Shown: positions 15,203 through 24,394 of the stretch, one piece after another
Layout: each line of letters starts with the position of its first letter
How positions within the stretch are numbered: position 1 is the stretch's first letter
NCBI GenBank assembly: GCA_964411535.1
Contig: CAYPLG010000005.1
Coordinates: 1 to 38,968 of the forward strand
Origin: an uncultured Oscillospiraceae bacterium
GTDB taxonomy: Bacteria; Bacillota; Clostridia; Christensenellales; CAG-138
Length of the DNA: 38,968 nucleotides
Reading direction: 5' to 3'
Made by a program: the position numbers and the translations under genes
The notes under the pieces: generated by a model
What the model saw: the letters and a program-made list of their open reading frames with translations, nothing else
What the model was told of the DNA's origin: nothing
The model's database searches: none

Positions 15203-16849
15203 TTACAGCTCGATCACAATCGGAATGATCATCGGGGTACGCTGCGTCTTTGTGCGCAGGAAGCTTTTCAGCGCGGAGCGAATGCCATTTTTAATATTGC
15301 TGCGCTCGTTCCTGGAGGCTCCTGCAAACTTTCTGGCTTCCTCGGACAGCATCGCGACGGCCTCCTTAATCAGGTTCTCCGATTCGCTCATGTATACAAA
15401 TCCACGAGAAATCAGCTCCGGCGGCGCAAGCAACACGCCGGATTCGATATCGATCGTCAGCACGGCAACCACAATGCCGTCCTGGCTTAACATGCGCCGG
15501 TCCTTCAGCACGATGTCGTCAATATTGCCGATGCCGTCCACCATGACGCCGCCCGCCTGCACCGTTTCCTTCATCTGGCCGCGCTTTGTGGTAAGCTCAA
15601 TGACGTTGCCACATTCCGCAACAAAGATATTTTCCGGACGGACGCCCATCTCCTGCGCCAACTGTGCATGCATGAAAAGGTGCCTGTACTCGCCGTGTAC
15701 CGGGATGAAGAAGCGCGGCTTGGTCAATTGCAGCATAAGCCTGAGCTCCTCGCGGCAGGCATGCCCGGATACGTGCACATCCGCCATGCGATCATATACA
15801 ACCATGGCCCCGCGCTCAAACAGGTGATTGATCACGCGCGAAATGCTCTTCTCGTTGCCCGGTATGGCAGAAGCGGAAATGATGACGGTGTCGCCCTTGC
15901 CGATGTTGAGCTTATGCGAAGCGTTCGCCATGCGGAAAAGCCCACTCATAGGCTCTCCCTGGCTGCCCGTCGTGATAACGCAAACCTGGTCGTCACGATA
16001 ACGTTTCAGCTGCTCCACCTTCACGATGCTCTCAGCGGCAATCTTGAGGTAACCAAGCTTCATCGCAATCTGCACAACCTGCTCCATGGAACGGCCCTGA
16101 AAACAAAGCACGCGGCCATGGCGTACGGCCACATCCGCAACTTGCTGGATGCGGTATACGTTGCTGGCAAACGATGCGACAATTACGCGGCCGGCAGCCT
16201 CGTCAAACGTATGCTCAAAGGTGGGGCCGATCTCCTGCTCGCTCTGCGTATGTCCCTGATGTTCGATGTTCGTGCTGTCGCTCATAAGCGCAAGCACGCC
16301 GCGCGAGCCATAGTAGGCAAAGCGGTTGATATCGATCGGCTCGCCGTCAATCGGCGTTAAATCGATCTTGAAGTCGCCCGTATGGATAATCGTCCCAATC
16401 GGCGTCATGATTGCCAGCGCAACCGCCCCGGCAATGGAATGGCCCGTTTTGATAAATTCTATCCGGAAACAGCCGAGCTCAATCTTGTCCCCCGGCTTCA
16501 CAACATGCAGCATATGCGCGTTGATGTGCGCCTCCTCCAGCTTGTGCTCAATCAAGGCGGAGGTAAACGCCGTACCGTACACCGGCACATCGTAATTCCT
16601 AAGCGCATACGGCAGCGCGCCGATGTGATCCTCGTGCCCATGCGTAATGCAGAAGCCGCGCAGCTTCTGCCGGTTCTCGTTTAAGTACGTCATATCCGGA
16701 ATGATCACGTCGATGCCCGGCTTTTCATCATCCGGAAAAACGATGCCGCAGTCGACGACAATCATATCGTCGCCGTACTCCATCACCGTCATATTCATAC
16801 CGATTTCGCCGAGTCCCCCCAGCGGAATAATCTTTAGTCTGCTTGCCAT
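15203..16849 (-). CDS. rnj: Ribonuclease J
   Basis: Metallo-beta-lactamase / beta-CASP protein: IIPLGGLGEIGMNMTV, ITHGHEDHIGALPY. I prefer the ATG at 16849 (MASRLKIIPLGG), which removes the overlap with the upstream gene. The track ORF extends to 16969. Confidence 0.93.
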   Translation of the reverse strand: MASRLKIIPLGGLGEIGMNMTVMEYGDDMIVVDCGIVFPDDEKPGIDVIIPDMTYLNENRQKLRGFCITHGHEDHIGALPYALRNYDVPVYGTAFTSALIEHKLEEAHINAHMLHVVKPGDKIELGCFRIEFIKTGHSIAGAVALAIMTPIGTIIHTGDFKIDLTPIDGEPIDINRFAYYGSRGVLALMSDSTNIEHQGHTQSEQEIGPTFEHTFDEAAGRVIVASFASNVYRIQQVADVAVRHGRVLCFQGRSMEQVVQIAMKLGYLKIAAESIVKVEQLKRYRDDQVCVITTGSQGEPMSGLFRMANASHKLNIGKGDTVIISASAIPGNEKSISRVINHLFERGAMVVYDRMADVHVSGHACREELRLMLQLTKPRFFIPVHGEYRHLFMHAQLAQEMGVRPENIFVAECGNVIELTTKRGQMKETVQAGGVMVDGIGNIDDIVLKDRRMLSQDGIVVAVLTIDIESGVLLAPPELISRGFVYMSESENLIKEAVAMLSEEARKFAGASRNERSNIKNGIRSALKSFLRTKTQRTPMIIPIVIEL

Positions 16850-16914
16850 AAATCTCTCTCTTCCATCCTCTTTTGTAGGTTTTTTCGCGGTTGCAACGCC
16901 GCTCTGTTCCCGTT

Positions 16915-17769
16915 TTACGAATAAAACGCATTCCCGCCGTACGTTCCCACGTATGTGCGGTCCCCCCATTTATTATCGCCGTTATCCGCCTTAAATGATA
17001 CCACATTCGAAGCGATTTCGCCGCGATTTCCGTTGTTCAGCACATCATTGGCATAGGCAATTACATTGTCCGGTATCGTCGTGGACAAAAAGTTCCTGCC
17101 GTCTACCACAGTGAATTGCCCATCCTGGTATACGACGTCATGCACGTTGTTCGGCCAGCGGCTGGATTCCACGCGGTTTAATATCACGCATACGACAGCG
17201 CGCAGGCCGGCCTCGCTGCTTTTGTGCGACTCAAAATATGCCACACGCGCGGCCAGCAGCACCTCGTCGCCGCTAAAGCGTGCTCCGCCGGGAACAGAGA
17301 CCTGCTGATCGCTCTGCACGGGCGCCTCCGTCGGAACAGGCGTCGGCGCCTCGGTCGGCGCGGGCGTAGGCGCAGGCGTTTCCACGGGAACAGGCGTTGC
17401 TGTCGGCGTCGCTGTCAGCTTTGGCGTCGGCGACGGCGTCTTCTTGGGCTTCGGTGTGGCGGTCGCCTTTGCCGTCGCTTTCGGCGTCGCGGTTGGCTCC
17501 TCCGTCGGCGCCTCGGTCGGCGCTTCCGTCGGCACGGGCGTCGCCTCCGGCTCCTGCGTAGGCTCGCTCGTCCAAAGCTCCGGCGGCAGCGGTATCGGCG
17601 ACGGCGCGGCGGTCGTCTCCACGGACAAATGCACAACATGCGCGGTGGGCGCGGGCGTTGCCAGCGCAACCATGACCATGCCGCTTGTTACGGCGGCCTC
17701 GTCACATCCGCATAGTATTCCGGCTAGCATCAGTATAGCTGCCCATTTGCATGTCCGTTTTCCCTTCAC
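16915..17769 (-). CDS. SleB-type cell wall hydrolase (Hydrolase_2) lipoprotein with a long P/T/A/E-rich linker
   Basis: GTG start with a GTGAGGA SD. Signal peptide plus lipobox (LAGILCGC). Low-complexity linker at residues about 53-151. C-terminal LLAARVAYFESHKSSEAGLRAVVCVILNRVESSRWPNNVHDVVYQDGQFT. Confidence 0.8.
   Translation of the reverse strand: MKGKRTCKWAAILMLAGILCGCDEAAVTSGMVMVALATPAPTAHVVHLSVETTAAPSPIPLPPELWTSEPTQEPEATPVPTEAPTEAPTEEPTATPKATAKATATPKPKKTPSPTPKLTATPTATPVPVETPAPTPAPTEAPTPVPTEAPVQSDQQVSVPGGARFSGDEVLLAARVAYFESHKSSEAGLRAVVCVILNRVESSRWPNNVHDVVYQDGQFTVVDGRNFLSTTIPDNVIAYANDVLNNGNRGEIASNVVSFKADNGDNKWGDRTYVGTYGGNAFYS
17317..17613 (-). repeat. Degenerate tandem-repeat coding DNA (P/T/A/E linker)
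   Basis: Encodes PTEAPTEAPTEEPTATPKATAKATATPKPKKTPSPTPKLTATPTATPVPVETPAPTPAPTEAPTPVPTEAPV. On the + strand it appears as repeated ggcgtcggcg / gtcggcgcctcggtcggcgc units. Confidence 0.8.
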
Positions 17770-17817
17770 GCTGCGTCCTCACCGCTTGTCCAAATTTTTC
17801 GCGGCTTATTCCAACCG

Positions 17818-19197
17818 CTACAATATATATTTATGTATGTCGTCCTCGTAAAATTCGTCCCTAAGGTGCTCGTCGACATAACTTGCGTCGATCACCAAAT
17901 CTATCACAGGATGCATCCCGTTGGCGTTGAACGAAATATCGTCAAGCAAATTCTCCACCACGGTATGCAGTCTGCGTGCGCCGATGTTTTCCGTATTCTC
18001 GTTCATCAGATACGCATACTTGGCAATCGCCTGCAACGCATCGTCGGTAAACGAAAGCTGCACCTTATCCGTTGAAAGAAGCGCCGTATACTGTTTCGTC
18101 ACCGCGTTCTCCGGCTGCGTAAGAATCTTCTCAAAGTCCTCCTGCGTCAGGTCGTTGAGCTTCACCCGGATCGGAAAGCGCCCCTGTAACTCCGGAATCA
18201 GGTCGGAAACCTTCGCCGTATGGAACGCGCCCGCCGCGATAAAGAGCATAAAGTCCGTTTTCACCGGCCCGTACTTGGTATTGACGGTCGAACCCTCGAC
18301 AATCGGAAGAATGTCGCGCTGCACGCCCTCGCGGGAAACATCCGGCCCGCCGCTGTGCTCCGCCCCGGCAATCTTGTCAATCTCGTCGATGAAGATAATG
18401 CCCTCCTGCTCGGCAAGCGCAATCGCCTCGCGCGTTACGTCGTCCATATCGATGCGCTTCTCGCTCTCCTGCTGTATGATCACGCGCCGCGCTTCCGACA
18501 CCGGCAGCTTCCGCCGCTTGGTTTTCTTGGGAATGATCCCGCCGAACATCTCGCCAAGGTTGATATCCACGCCCGCCGCAACAAGGGTATTGTCGCCGGT
18601 CTGGCGTTCCTCAACCTCGACCTCCACCAGCACGTTTTCCAGGCGGCCCGCACGAAGGTCGGCCGTTACTTTCTCGCGCTCGGTCATGCGGCGCTGCTTT
18701 TCCTCTGCAGAAGGCTCCGGCTCCGGCTGCGCCTCTCCGCCGCCCAGCAGCAGCTGCAACGGGTTCGTGGGCTGCCGGTCGCGCTTCTTTGTCGGTACGA
18801 TCAAATCCACCAGCACCTGCTCCGCCGCAGTCTCGGCGACAAGCCGGACGTCCTCCATCTTCCGGTTTTTACAGATTCGAATGGACGCCTCTACCAGGTC
18901 ACGCACCATGCTCTCCACATCGCGGCCGACATAGCCGACCTCGGTGTACTTTGTGGCTTCCACCTTGACGAAAGGTGCGTCGACAAGCTTTGCCAGCCTG
19001 CGCGCAATCTCCGTTTTGCCAACGCCGGTCGGCCCAATCATGATAATGTTCTTCGGCGTGATTTCGTTTCGGATATCCTCCGGCAGCTGGCTTCGTCTAT
19101 AACGGTTCCGGAGCGCAACCGCAACGGCGCGCTTGGCCGCCTCCTGCCCGATGATGTAGCGATCCAATGCATCTACGATCTCTCTTGGCGTCAACAT
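17818..19197 (-). CDS. hslU: ATP-dependent protease ATPase subunit HslU
   Basis: 459 aa. [35 protein letters not shown], and Walker [18 protein letters not shown]. Confidence 0.97.
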   Translation of the reverse strand: MLTPREIVDALDRYIIGQEAAKRAVAVALRNRYRRSQLPEDIRNEITPKNIIMIGPTGVGKTEIARRLAKLVDAPFVKVEATKYTEVGYVGRDVESMVRDLVEASIRICKNRKMEDVRLVAETAAEQVLVDLIVPTKKRDRQPTNPLQLLLGGGEAQPEPEPSAEEKQRRMTEREKVTADLRAGRLENVLVEVEVEERQTGDNTLVAAGVDINLGEMFGGIIPKKTKRRKLPVSEARRVIIQQESEKRIDMDDVTREAIALAEQEGIIFIDEIDKIAGAEHSGGPDVSREGVQRDILPIVEGSTVNTKYGPVKTDFMLFIAAGAFHTAKVSDLIPELQGRFPIRVKLNDLTQEDFEKILTQPENAVTKQYTALLSTDKVQLSFTDDALQAIAKYAYLMNENTENIGARRLHTVVENLLDDISFNANGMHPVIDLVIDASYVDEHLRDEFYEDDIHKYIL

Positions 19198-19202
19198 ATC
19201 GT

Positions 19203-19736
19203 TCAGACCTCCTCCACAATAATGTTGTCGTTCGTGTAGATGCAGATCTCGCTGGCTACCTGCAAGCTCTTCTGCGCGATTTCGGCTGCGGAAAGCGTTG
19301 TATTCTGCTTTAGCGCTCTGGCCGCAGCCAGCGCGTACATGCCGCCGGAACCAATGGCCGCGATGCCGTCGTCCGGGTCGATAACCTCGCCCGTGCCGGA
19401 CACGATCAACAGCTCCTCCTTATTGGCGACAATGAGCATGGCTTCGAGCTTCCGCATGATCTTGTCGCTGCGCCAGTCCTGCGCAAGGGACACGGTTGCC
19501 CGCATCAACGCGCCGCTGTATTGCTCCAGCTTGCGCTCGAACCGCTCGCAGAGGGAAAATGCATCCGCCACGCTCCCGGCAAAGCCTACGACAACCTGAT
19601 CATGATAGAGCCTGCGCACCTTGTGCGCGGTGGCCTTCATGATGCTGTTCTCGCCAAATGTAACCTGTCCGTCGCCCGCGACGGCGCATTGTCCATCCTT
19701 CCGCACGGCCAATATGGTCGTTCCACGCATTTCCAT
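19203..19736 (-). CDS. hslV: ATP-dependent protease subunit HslV
   Basis: 177 aa. [11 protein letters not shown] contains the active-site Thr. [14 protein letters not shown]. It ends 5 nt upstream of hslU. Confidence 0.95.
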   Translation of the reverse strand: MEMRGTTILAVRKDGQCAVAGDGQVTFGENSIMKATAHKVRRLYHDQVVVGFAGSVADAFSLCERFERKLEQYSGALMRATVSLAQDWRSDKIMRKLEAMLIVANKEELLIVSGTGEVIDPDDGIAAIGSGGMYALAAARALKQNTTLSAAEIAQKSLQVASEICIYTNDNIIVEEV

Positions 19737-19830
19737 ATGCTTTGGTTATCCCGCTTTCATCTGTAAAATGACGGTAATATACACCGTCTATGCAGCAATC
19801 CTAACATAAAATCGGGCGCTATGGCCCGTT

Positions 19831-21126
19831 TTATGCATTCGTTTTCAATTCTTTCACGATTTTGAGAGATTGTTCCGATATCGCACGATAGCGCTCCGCC
19901 TTGTTGCGGATTCGCTGCGGGTATGCGTCCATAATGCCGAACGTCACATTCATCGGCTGAAAGTCGCTTCCGGCGTATTCCGATACATAATGCGCAAGCG
20001 CGCCGATTGCGGTCTTCCTCGTAAAATCCAGCGGCGGCAGATCGTTTAGCGCCCTCGCCAGCGAAATTCCGGCGAGGCATCCGCTCGACGCGGACTCCAC
20101 GTACCCCTCCACGCCGGTGATCTGCCCGGCAAAGTATACGCCGGGGCGTTGGCGCATTTGATAGTCCCACCCCAGCACGTTGGCCGGCAAGAACGTGTTC
20201 CGATGCATCACGCCATAGCGTTCATACACGGCGTTTGCAAGGCCCGGAATCATGCCGAAAACACGCTTTTGCTCCGCAAACTTGAGGTTGGTCTGGAACC
20301 CCACGATATTATAGAGCTCCCCAGCCGCATCATCCTGCCGCAGTTGCACAACGGCGAACGGGCGCGAGCCATCCGGCGGCGTCAGCCCCACCGGTTTAAG
20401 CGGGCCAAAGCACAGCGTCGTTTCCCCGCGCTTTGCCATGCTCTCCACCGGCATACAGCCCTCGAAGACGCGCGGCGTCTCAAACTCGTGCAGCATAACG
20501 GTTTCCGCCGTAATCAGCGCGCGATAAAACGCGGCGTATTCCTCCCGCGTCATCGGGCAATTCAGGTAATCATCCCCGCGGCCGTAGCGCGAGGCGCGAA
20601 AGGCCTTTGTCAAGTCCAGCGAATCAAGGCGGACAATCGGCGCAGCCGCGTCATAGAAATGCAGTTCCTCCCCGACAAGCCGCGCGATGGATGCGCTCAG
20701 CGCGTCGCTTGTCAGCGGCCCCGTAGCAATGATGCACGGCGCATCCGGTATCTCCGTAATCTCGCGGTGCACAACGTTGATATTGGGCGCGTCCGTAATG
20801 GCCTTGGTCACCATGCGCGCAAAGCCCTCCCGGTCGACAGCCAGCGCGCCGCCGGCCGGTACGCGCGTCGCATCCGCGCAACGCAGCACAAGCGACTCCA
20901 GCTCGCGCAGCTCCTCCTTGAGCAGCCCTACCGCATTTTCCAGCCGGTCGCTGCGCAAAGAATTGCTGCATACCAGCTCGCAAAACGCATCGCTTTTATG
21001 CGCGGGCGTCCGCTTTTCGGGTTTCATATCGAACAAATCGCAGGCAATCCCCCGGCGGGACAGCTGCCAGGCGGCTTCGCAGCCCGCCAGGCCCGCGCCG
21101 ATGACCGCTACGCGCTTTTCAGGCAT
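19831..21126 (-). CDS. trmFO: Methylenetetrahydrofolate--tRNA-(uracil-5-)-methyltransferase TrmFO
   Basis: 431 aa. FAD motif VIGAGLAGCEAAWQL, then AGQITGVEGYVESASSG. It overlaps the topA stop by 8 nt. This is the conserved position between topA and hslVU. Confidence 0.93.
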   Translation of the reverse strand: MPEKRVAVIGAGLAGCEAAWQLSRRGIACDLFDMKPEKRTPAHKSDAFCELVCSNSLRSDRLENAVGLLKEELRELESLVLRCADATRVPAGGALAVDREGFARMVTKAITDAPNINVVHREITEIPDAPCIIATGPLTSDALSASIARLVGEELHFYDAAAPIVRLDSLDLTKAFRASRYGRGDDYLNCPMTREEYAAFYRALITAETVMLHEFETPRVFEGCMPVESMAKRGETTLCFGPLKPVGLTPPDGSRPFAVVQLRQDDAAGELYNIVGFQTNLKFAEQKRVFGMIPGLANAVYERYGVMHRNTFLPANVLGWDYQMRQRPGVYFAGQITGVEGYVESASSGCLAGISLARALNDLPPLDFTRKTAIGALAHYVSEYAGSDFQPMNVTFGIMDAYPQRIRNKAERYRAISEQSLKIVKELKTNA

Positions 21127-23227
21127 TCGTATCCGCTTCTTCCGTATTCTTCTTGGCGTTGGCGCGGTGGATATAACCGCACGCTTTATCGATGCAAACG
21201 ATATAGCTGCCGTTGCTGCCGATCTTTTGCGCCATCATGCCGCCGCACTTCGGGCACTTCATCTCCACTGGCTTATCCCAGCTGACAAAGTCGCATTCCG
21301 GATACTTTTCGCAGCCGTAAAACGTTTTCCCGCGCTTGCGTTTCTTTTTGATGATCGCCCCGCCGCACTTCGGGCAGGGAACGTCTACCTTCTCCACGAT
21401 AGCCTTTGTATTGCGGCAGTTCGGAAAGTTCGGGCAGGCCAGAAATTTGCCGAATCGTCCGAATTTATACACCATCATCGCGCCGCACTTCTCGCACTGT
21501 ATGTCGGAAACCTCGTCCGGAATAACCAGCGGCGACTGCTCTCCCGCTTTTTCAACCTCCGCATGGAACGGGCCGTAGAATTCCTGCATGACGTCCGTCC
21601 AGTGTATATGCGCTTCCTCAACTTCGTCCAGCTTGTTCTCCATCTGCGCGGTGAATTGCACGTCCACAATATCCGTAAAGTGCTTGCAGATATAATCGTT
21701 AACAAGAAAACCAAGCTCCGTAGGCACAAGCTGCTTCTTCTCGCGCACAATGTATCCCCGGTCCACAATCGTGCTGATCGTCGGCGAATACGTGCTCGGC
21801 CGCCCGATGCCCTTCTCCTCCAGCATCTTGACAAGCGTCGCTTCCGTAAACCGGGAGGGCGGCTGCGTAAAGCGCTGGTCGGACGTTATCTTTTTGCAGA
21901 TACAGTTCGCGTTTGCCTGTAGCTGCGGCAGGACGGATTCCTTCTCCTGCGCCTCGTCCCGCCCCTCCATATACACGGCCATGAATCCGTCGAAAAGCAC
22001 GCGGGAACCGTTGGCCTTAAACGTTGCGCCGTTGCAATCCAGCAGTACGGCGGACGTCGCAATTGACGCATCCGCCATCTGGCTTGCCAGGAATCGCTCG
22101 TAAACCAGCTTGTAAAGCTTGAGTTGGTCATTGCTCAGATAGGCCTTGATCTTTGCGGGCTCGTTTTCGATATAGGTCGGCCGGATGGCTTCGTGCGCAT
22201 CCTGCGCGCCCTTGCGGCCCTTGTACACATTCGGCTTTGCCGGCAGATACTTCTCGCCAAAGCGTTCCCGAATCGCGGTTAACGCCGCCTCCTGCGCCTC
22301 CGCCGCAATGCGTACGGAATCCGTACGGATATAGGAAATGAGGCCCGTCGCGCCCGCCTTGCCGATCTCCACGCCCTCATAAAGCTGCTGCGCGATCATC
22401 ATTGTGCGCTTGGTCGTGAAGCCCAGCTTGCGGCTGGCCTCCTGTTGCAGGCTGCTTGTCGTAAACGGCGCCGCTGCGTGGCGCGCCTTGGTATCGTTCT
22501 TGACTTCGGTAACCGTATAGCACGCGTCCTTTACGCGCTTAAGCACCCCCGCCGCCTCCGCTTCGTTGTGCAGGTCCCGCTTTTTTCCGTTCTCCCCGTA
22601 ATAACGCGCCTCAAAGGGCTTTTTCCCGCCCTCCTCCAGCAGTTCGGCCGTAATGGTCCAGAATTCTTCCGGCACAAAGCCTTGAATCTCCCGCTCGCGG
22701 TCGCAGAGAATGCGCGTTGCAACGGACTGTACGCGTCCGGCGGAAAGACCTTTGCGCCCGCGCCAAAGCAAGGGGCTGATCTCATAGCCCACAATGCGGT
22801 CCAGCACACGGCGCGCCCGCTGCGCGTCCACAAGCCGCATGTCCACGCTCCGGACGTTGTTGATAGAGCTCTTGACGGCGGATGACGTAATCTCATTGAA
22901 CACGATACGGCACTTGCTGTTTTCGTCAATATTGAGTATCTTCGAAAGATGCCAGCTGATTGCCTCTCCCTCGCGGTCAGGGTCGGTTGCAAGATAAACC
23001 TTGTCCGCGTTCTTCGCTTCCTTTCGAATTTTGTCAAGCACCTCGCCGCGTCCGCGCAGCGTAATATATTTGGGTGTAAATCCGTTCGCAACGTCCACGC
23101 CAAGCTGACTCTTCGGCAGATCGCGCACATGCCCGTTGCTTGCTACCACCTTGTAGCTTTTCCCCAAGAACTTCCCGATCGTCTTCGCTTTTGCGGGCGA
23201 CTCCACGATCACAAGTTTTCCTGCCAT
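21119..23227 (-). CDS. topA: DNA topoisomerase I
   Basis: TOPRIM domain KLVIVESPAKAKTIGKFLG, DPDREGEAISWH, and a C-terminal array of zinc ribbons (CEKCG..CPNFPNC, CPKCGG, CEKYPEC, CPKCGG). I chose the ATG at 23227 downstream of GGAGGA; the track start at 23245 is a TTG. Confidence 0.97.
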   Translation of the reverse strand: MAGKLVIVESPAKAKTIGKFLGKSYKVVASNGHVRDLPKSQLGVDVANGFTPKYITLRGRGEVLDKIRKEAKNADKVYLATDPDREGEAISWHLSKILNIDENSKCRIVFNEITSSAVKSSINNVRSVDMRLVDAQRARRVLDRIVGYEISPLLWRGRKGLSAGRVQSVATRILCDREREIQGFVPEEFWTITAELLEEGGKKPFEARYYGENGKKRDLHNEAEAAGVLKRVKDACYTVTEVKNDTKARHAAAPFTTSSLQQEASRKLGFTTKRTMMIAQQLYEGVEIGKAGATGLISYIRTDSVRIAAEAQEAALTAIRERFGEKYLPAKPNVYKGRKGAQDAHEAIRPTYIENEPAKIKAYLSNDQLKLYKLVYERFLASQMADASIATSAVLLDCNGATFKANGSRVLFDGFMAVYMEGRDEAQEKESVLPQLQANANCICKKITSDQRFTQPPSRFTEATLVKMLEEKGIGRPSTYSPTISTIVDRGYIVREKKQLVPTELGFLVNDYICKHFTDIVDVQFTAQMENKLDEVEEAHIHWTDVMQEFYGPFHAEVEKAGEQSPLVIPDEVSDIQCEKCGAMMVYKFGRFGKFLACPNFPNCRNTKAIVEKVDVPCPKCGGAIIKKKRKRGKTFYGCEKYPECDFVSWDKPVEMKCPKCGGMMAQKIGSNGSYIVCIDKACGYIHRANAKKNTEEADTNA

Positions 23228-23254
23228 ATTACCGTATTCCTCCAACTGCCGTGG

Positions 23255-24394
23255 TCATTGCACGATACAATGCATCGTGTCGAGCGTGTATACCCTGCCC
23301 GGCAATTGCTTTATTATTCCTGAAAAGTGCAGCTCTGTCAAGATTGAATTCAGTTCTCCGATCGGAAGCGCAAGATTTTCGCAAAGCGCATCGATGGAAT
23401 ATTCCCCCTCTCGCAGCTGTTTTACGACGCGTTGCTGCGCATCCGTCAGATCGGAAAGCGCAACATGTTCGACTTCCCCCTCCGGCGCGCCGCCCGCGAA
23501 ACCCGGAAACTCGACCAGCACATCGGCTGCGGAAAATACAGGCTTCGCCTCGCCGCAGCGTATCATACGGTTCGGGCCAAGGCTCTTGGCGTCGGTAATG
23601 CGTCCGGGCACGGCGAATACCTCGCGGCCCTCCTCCAACGCAAAGCCTGCCGTGATGGAGGTGCCGCTGCGCTCACCAGCCTCTACAATAACCACGCCAT
23701 GGCTCATCCCGCTCATGATGCGGTTGCGTATCGGAAACTGGTGCGGCTGCGGGCCTGTGCCGGGCAAAAACTCCGAGACCACCGCGCCGCGCGCGATGAT
23801 TTCCGCATACAGCCGCCTGTTTTCCGCTGGATACACCACATCGACGCCTGTGCCGAGCACCGCAACGGTCGGGCATGCGGCCTTTGCACAGTCCAGTGCG
23901 CCGCGCGCCGCACATGCATCGACGCCGCTGGCCATGCCGCTGACCACAACCGCTCCCGCCTCCGCAAAGGTATGCGCAAACAGCCGTGCAACATCCCGTC
24001 CATAGTCGCTCGGCGCGCGCGTACCGATCACCGAAAGCGCAAGCGCCGGTTCCGCAGGTAGGCTTCCGCAAACGAACAGCAGATCGGGCGCGTCATGGAT
24101 TTCCTTCAGCAACGCCGGATACTCCCTCTCGTCATCAAGCACAAAGTCGATGCGCTTCTTGATTAACATCTCGACGAAGCGTTCCATCCAGCCGTCCTGT
24201 GCGGCGGCAACCAGCCGCTCCGCCGTCCGCGGCGGCAGGAACGGAAACGCGCTGCCGTCGCCACGCTGCGCAAGCGCAAATGCCTCGTGCAGATCGGGAA
24301 AGCGCGCACGCAGCGCCCGATTCTGCTTCGCGGCGCACTCCGTGCCGCAATGCGCCCAAAGCCGCAGCTTTGCGTAGGCCGTCCATTCATGCAT
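23255..24394 (-). CDS. dprA: DNA-processing protein DprA (Smf)
   Basis: Rossmann-like core (GTRAPSDYG, VVSGMASGVDACAARGAL, VLGTGVDVVYPAEN, SGTSITAGFALEEGREVFAVPG) plus a C-terminal winged-helix region. The ATG at 24394 overlaps the upstream stop (ATGCATGA). Confidence 0.9.
   Translation of the reverse strand: MHEWTAYAKLRLWAHCGTECAAKQNRALRARFPDLHEAFALAQRGDGSAFPFLPPRTAERLVAAAQDGWMERFVEMLIKKRIDFVLDDEREYPALLKEIHDAPDLLFVCGSLPAEPALALSVIGTRAPSDYGRDVARLFAHTFAEAGAVVVSGMASGVDACAARGALDCAKAACPTVAVLGTGVDVVYPAENRRLYAEIIARGAVVSEFLPGTGPQPHQFPIRNRIMSGMSHGVVIVEAGERSGTSITAGFALEEGREVFAVPGRITDAKSLGPNRMIRCGEAKPVFSAADVLVEFPGFAGGAPEGEVEHVALSDLTDAQQRVVKQLREGEYSIDALCENLALPIGELNSILTELHFSGIIKQLPGRVYTLDTMHCIVQ

Noticed and set aside
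16850-16969. 40-codon N-terminal extension of the RNase J ORF, overlapping the upstream hydrolase gene
   Set aside because: The internal ATG at 16849 gives the canonical RNase J N-terminus and removes the overlap. I rejected similar track extensions for rnhB (to 32493), ylqF (to 33233), rplS (to 33718), trmD (to 34566), comM-like (to 25940), topA (to 23245), dprA (to 24451) and yraN (to 31663).
17224-17715. Extremely Arg-rich ORFs (RRRRR runs) on both strands, and a repeat pattern that superficially looks array-like
   Set aside because: These are alternative frames of the GC-rich P/T/A/E linker repeats of the SleB-like gene. The units are degenerate, contiguous and coding, so this is not a repeat-spacer array and not a CRISPR.
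17921-19239. 337-aa and 339-aa plus-strand ORFs antisense to hslU and hslV
   Set aside because: They are shadow ORFs with no motifs. hslU and hslV on the minus strand are certain.
19737-19830. Two small hairpins (CGGGC/GCCCG and GACGGT/ACCGTC) between trmFO and hslV as terminator plus promoter
   Set aside because: The stems are only 5-6 bp with weak U-tracts, and I could not identify a convincing -35/-10 pair. I left them unannotated.
20149-21922. 378-aa and 411-aa plus-strand ORFs antisense to trmFO and topA
   Set aside because: Both are shadow ORFs of two unambiguous housekeeping genes, with low-complexity R/A/L-rich translation.
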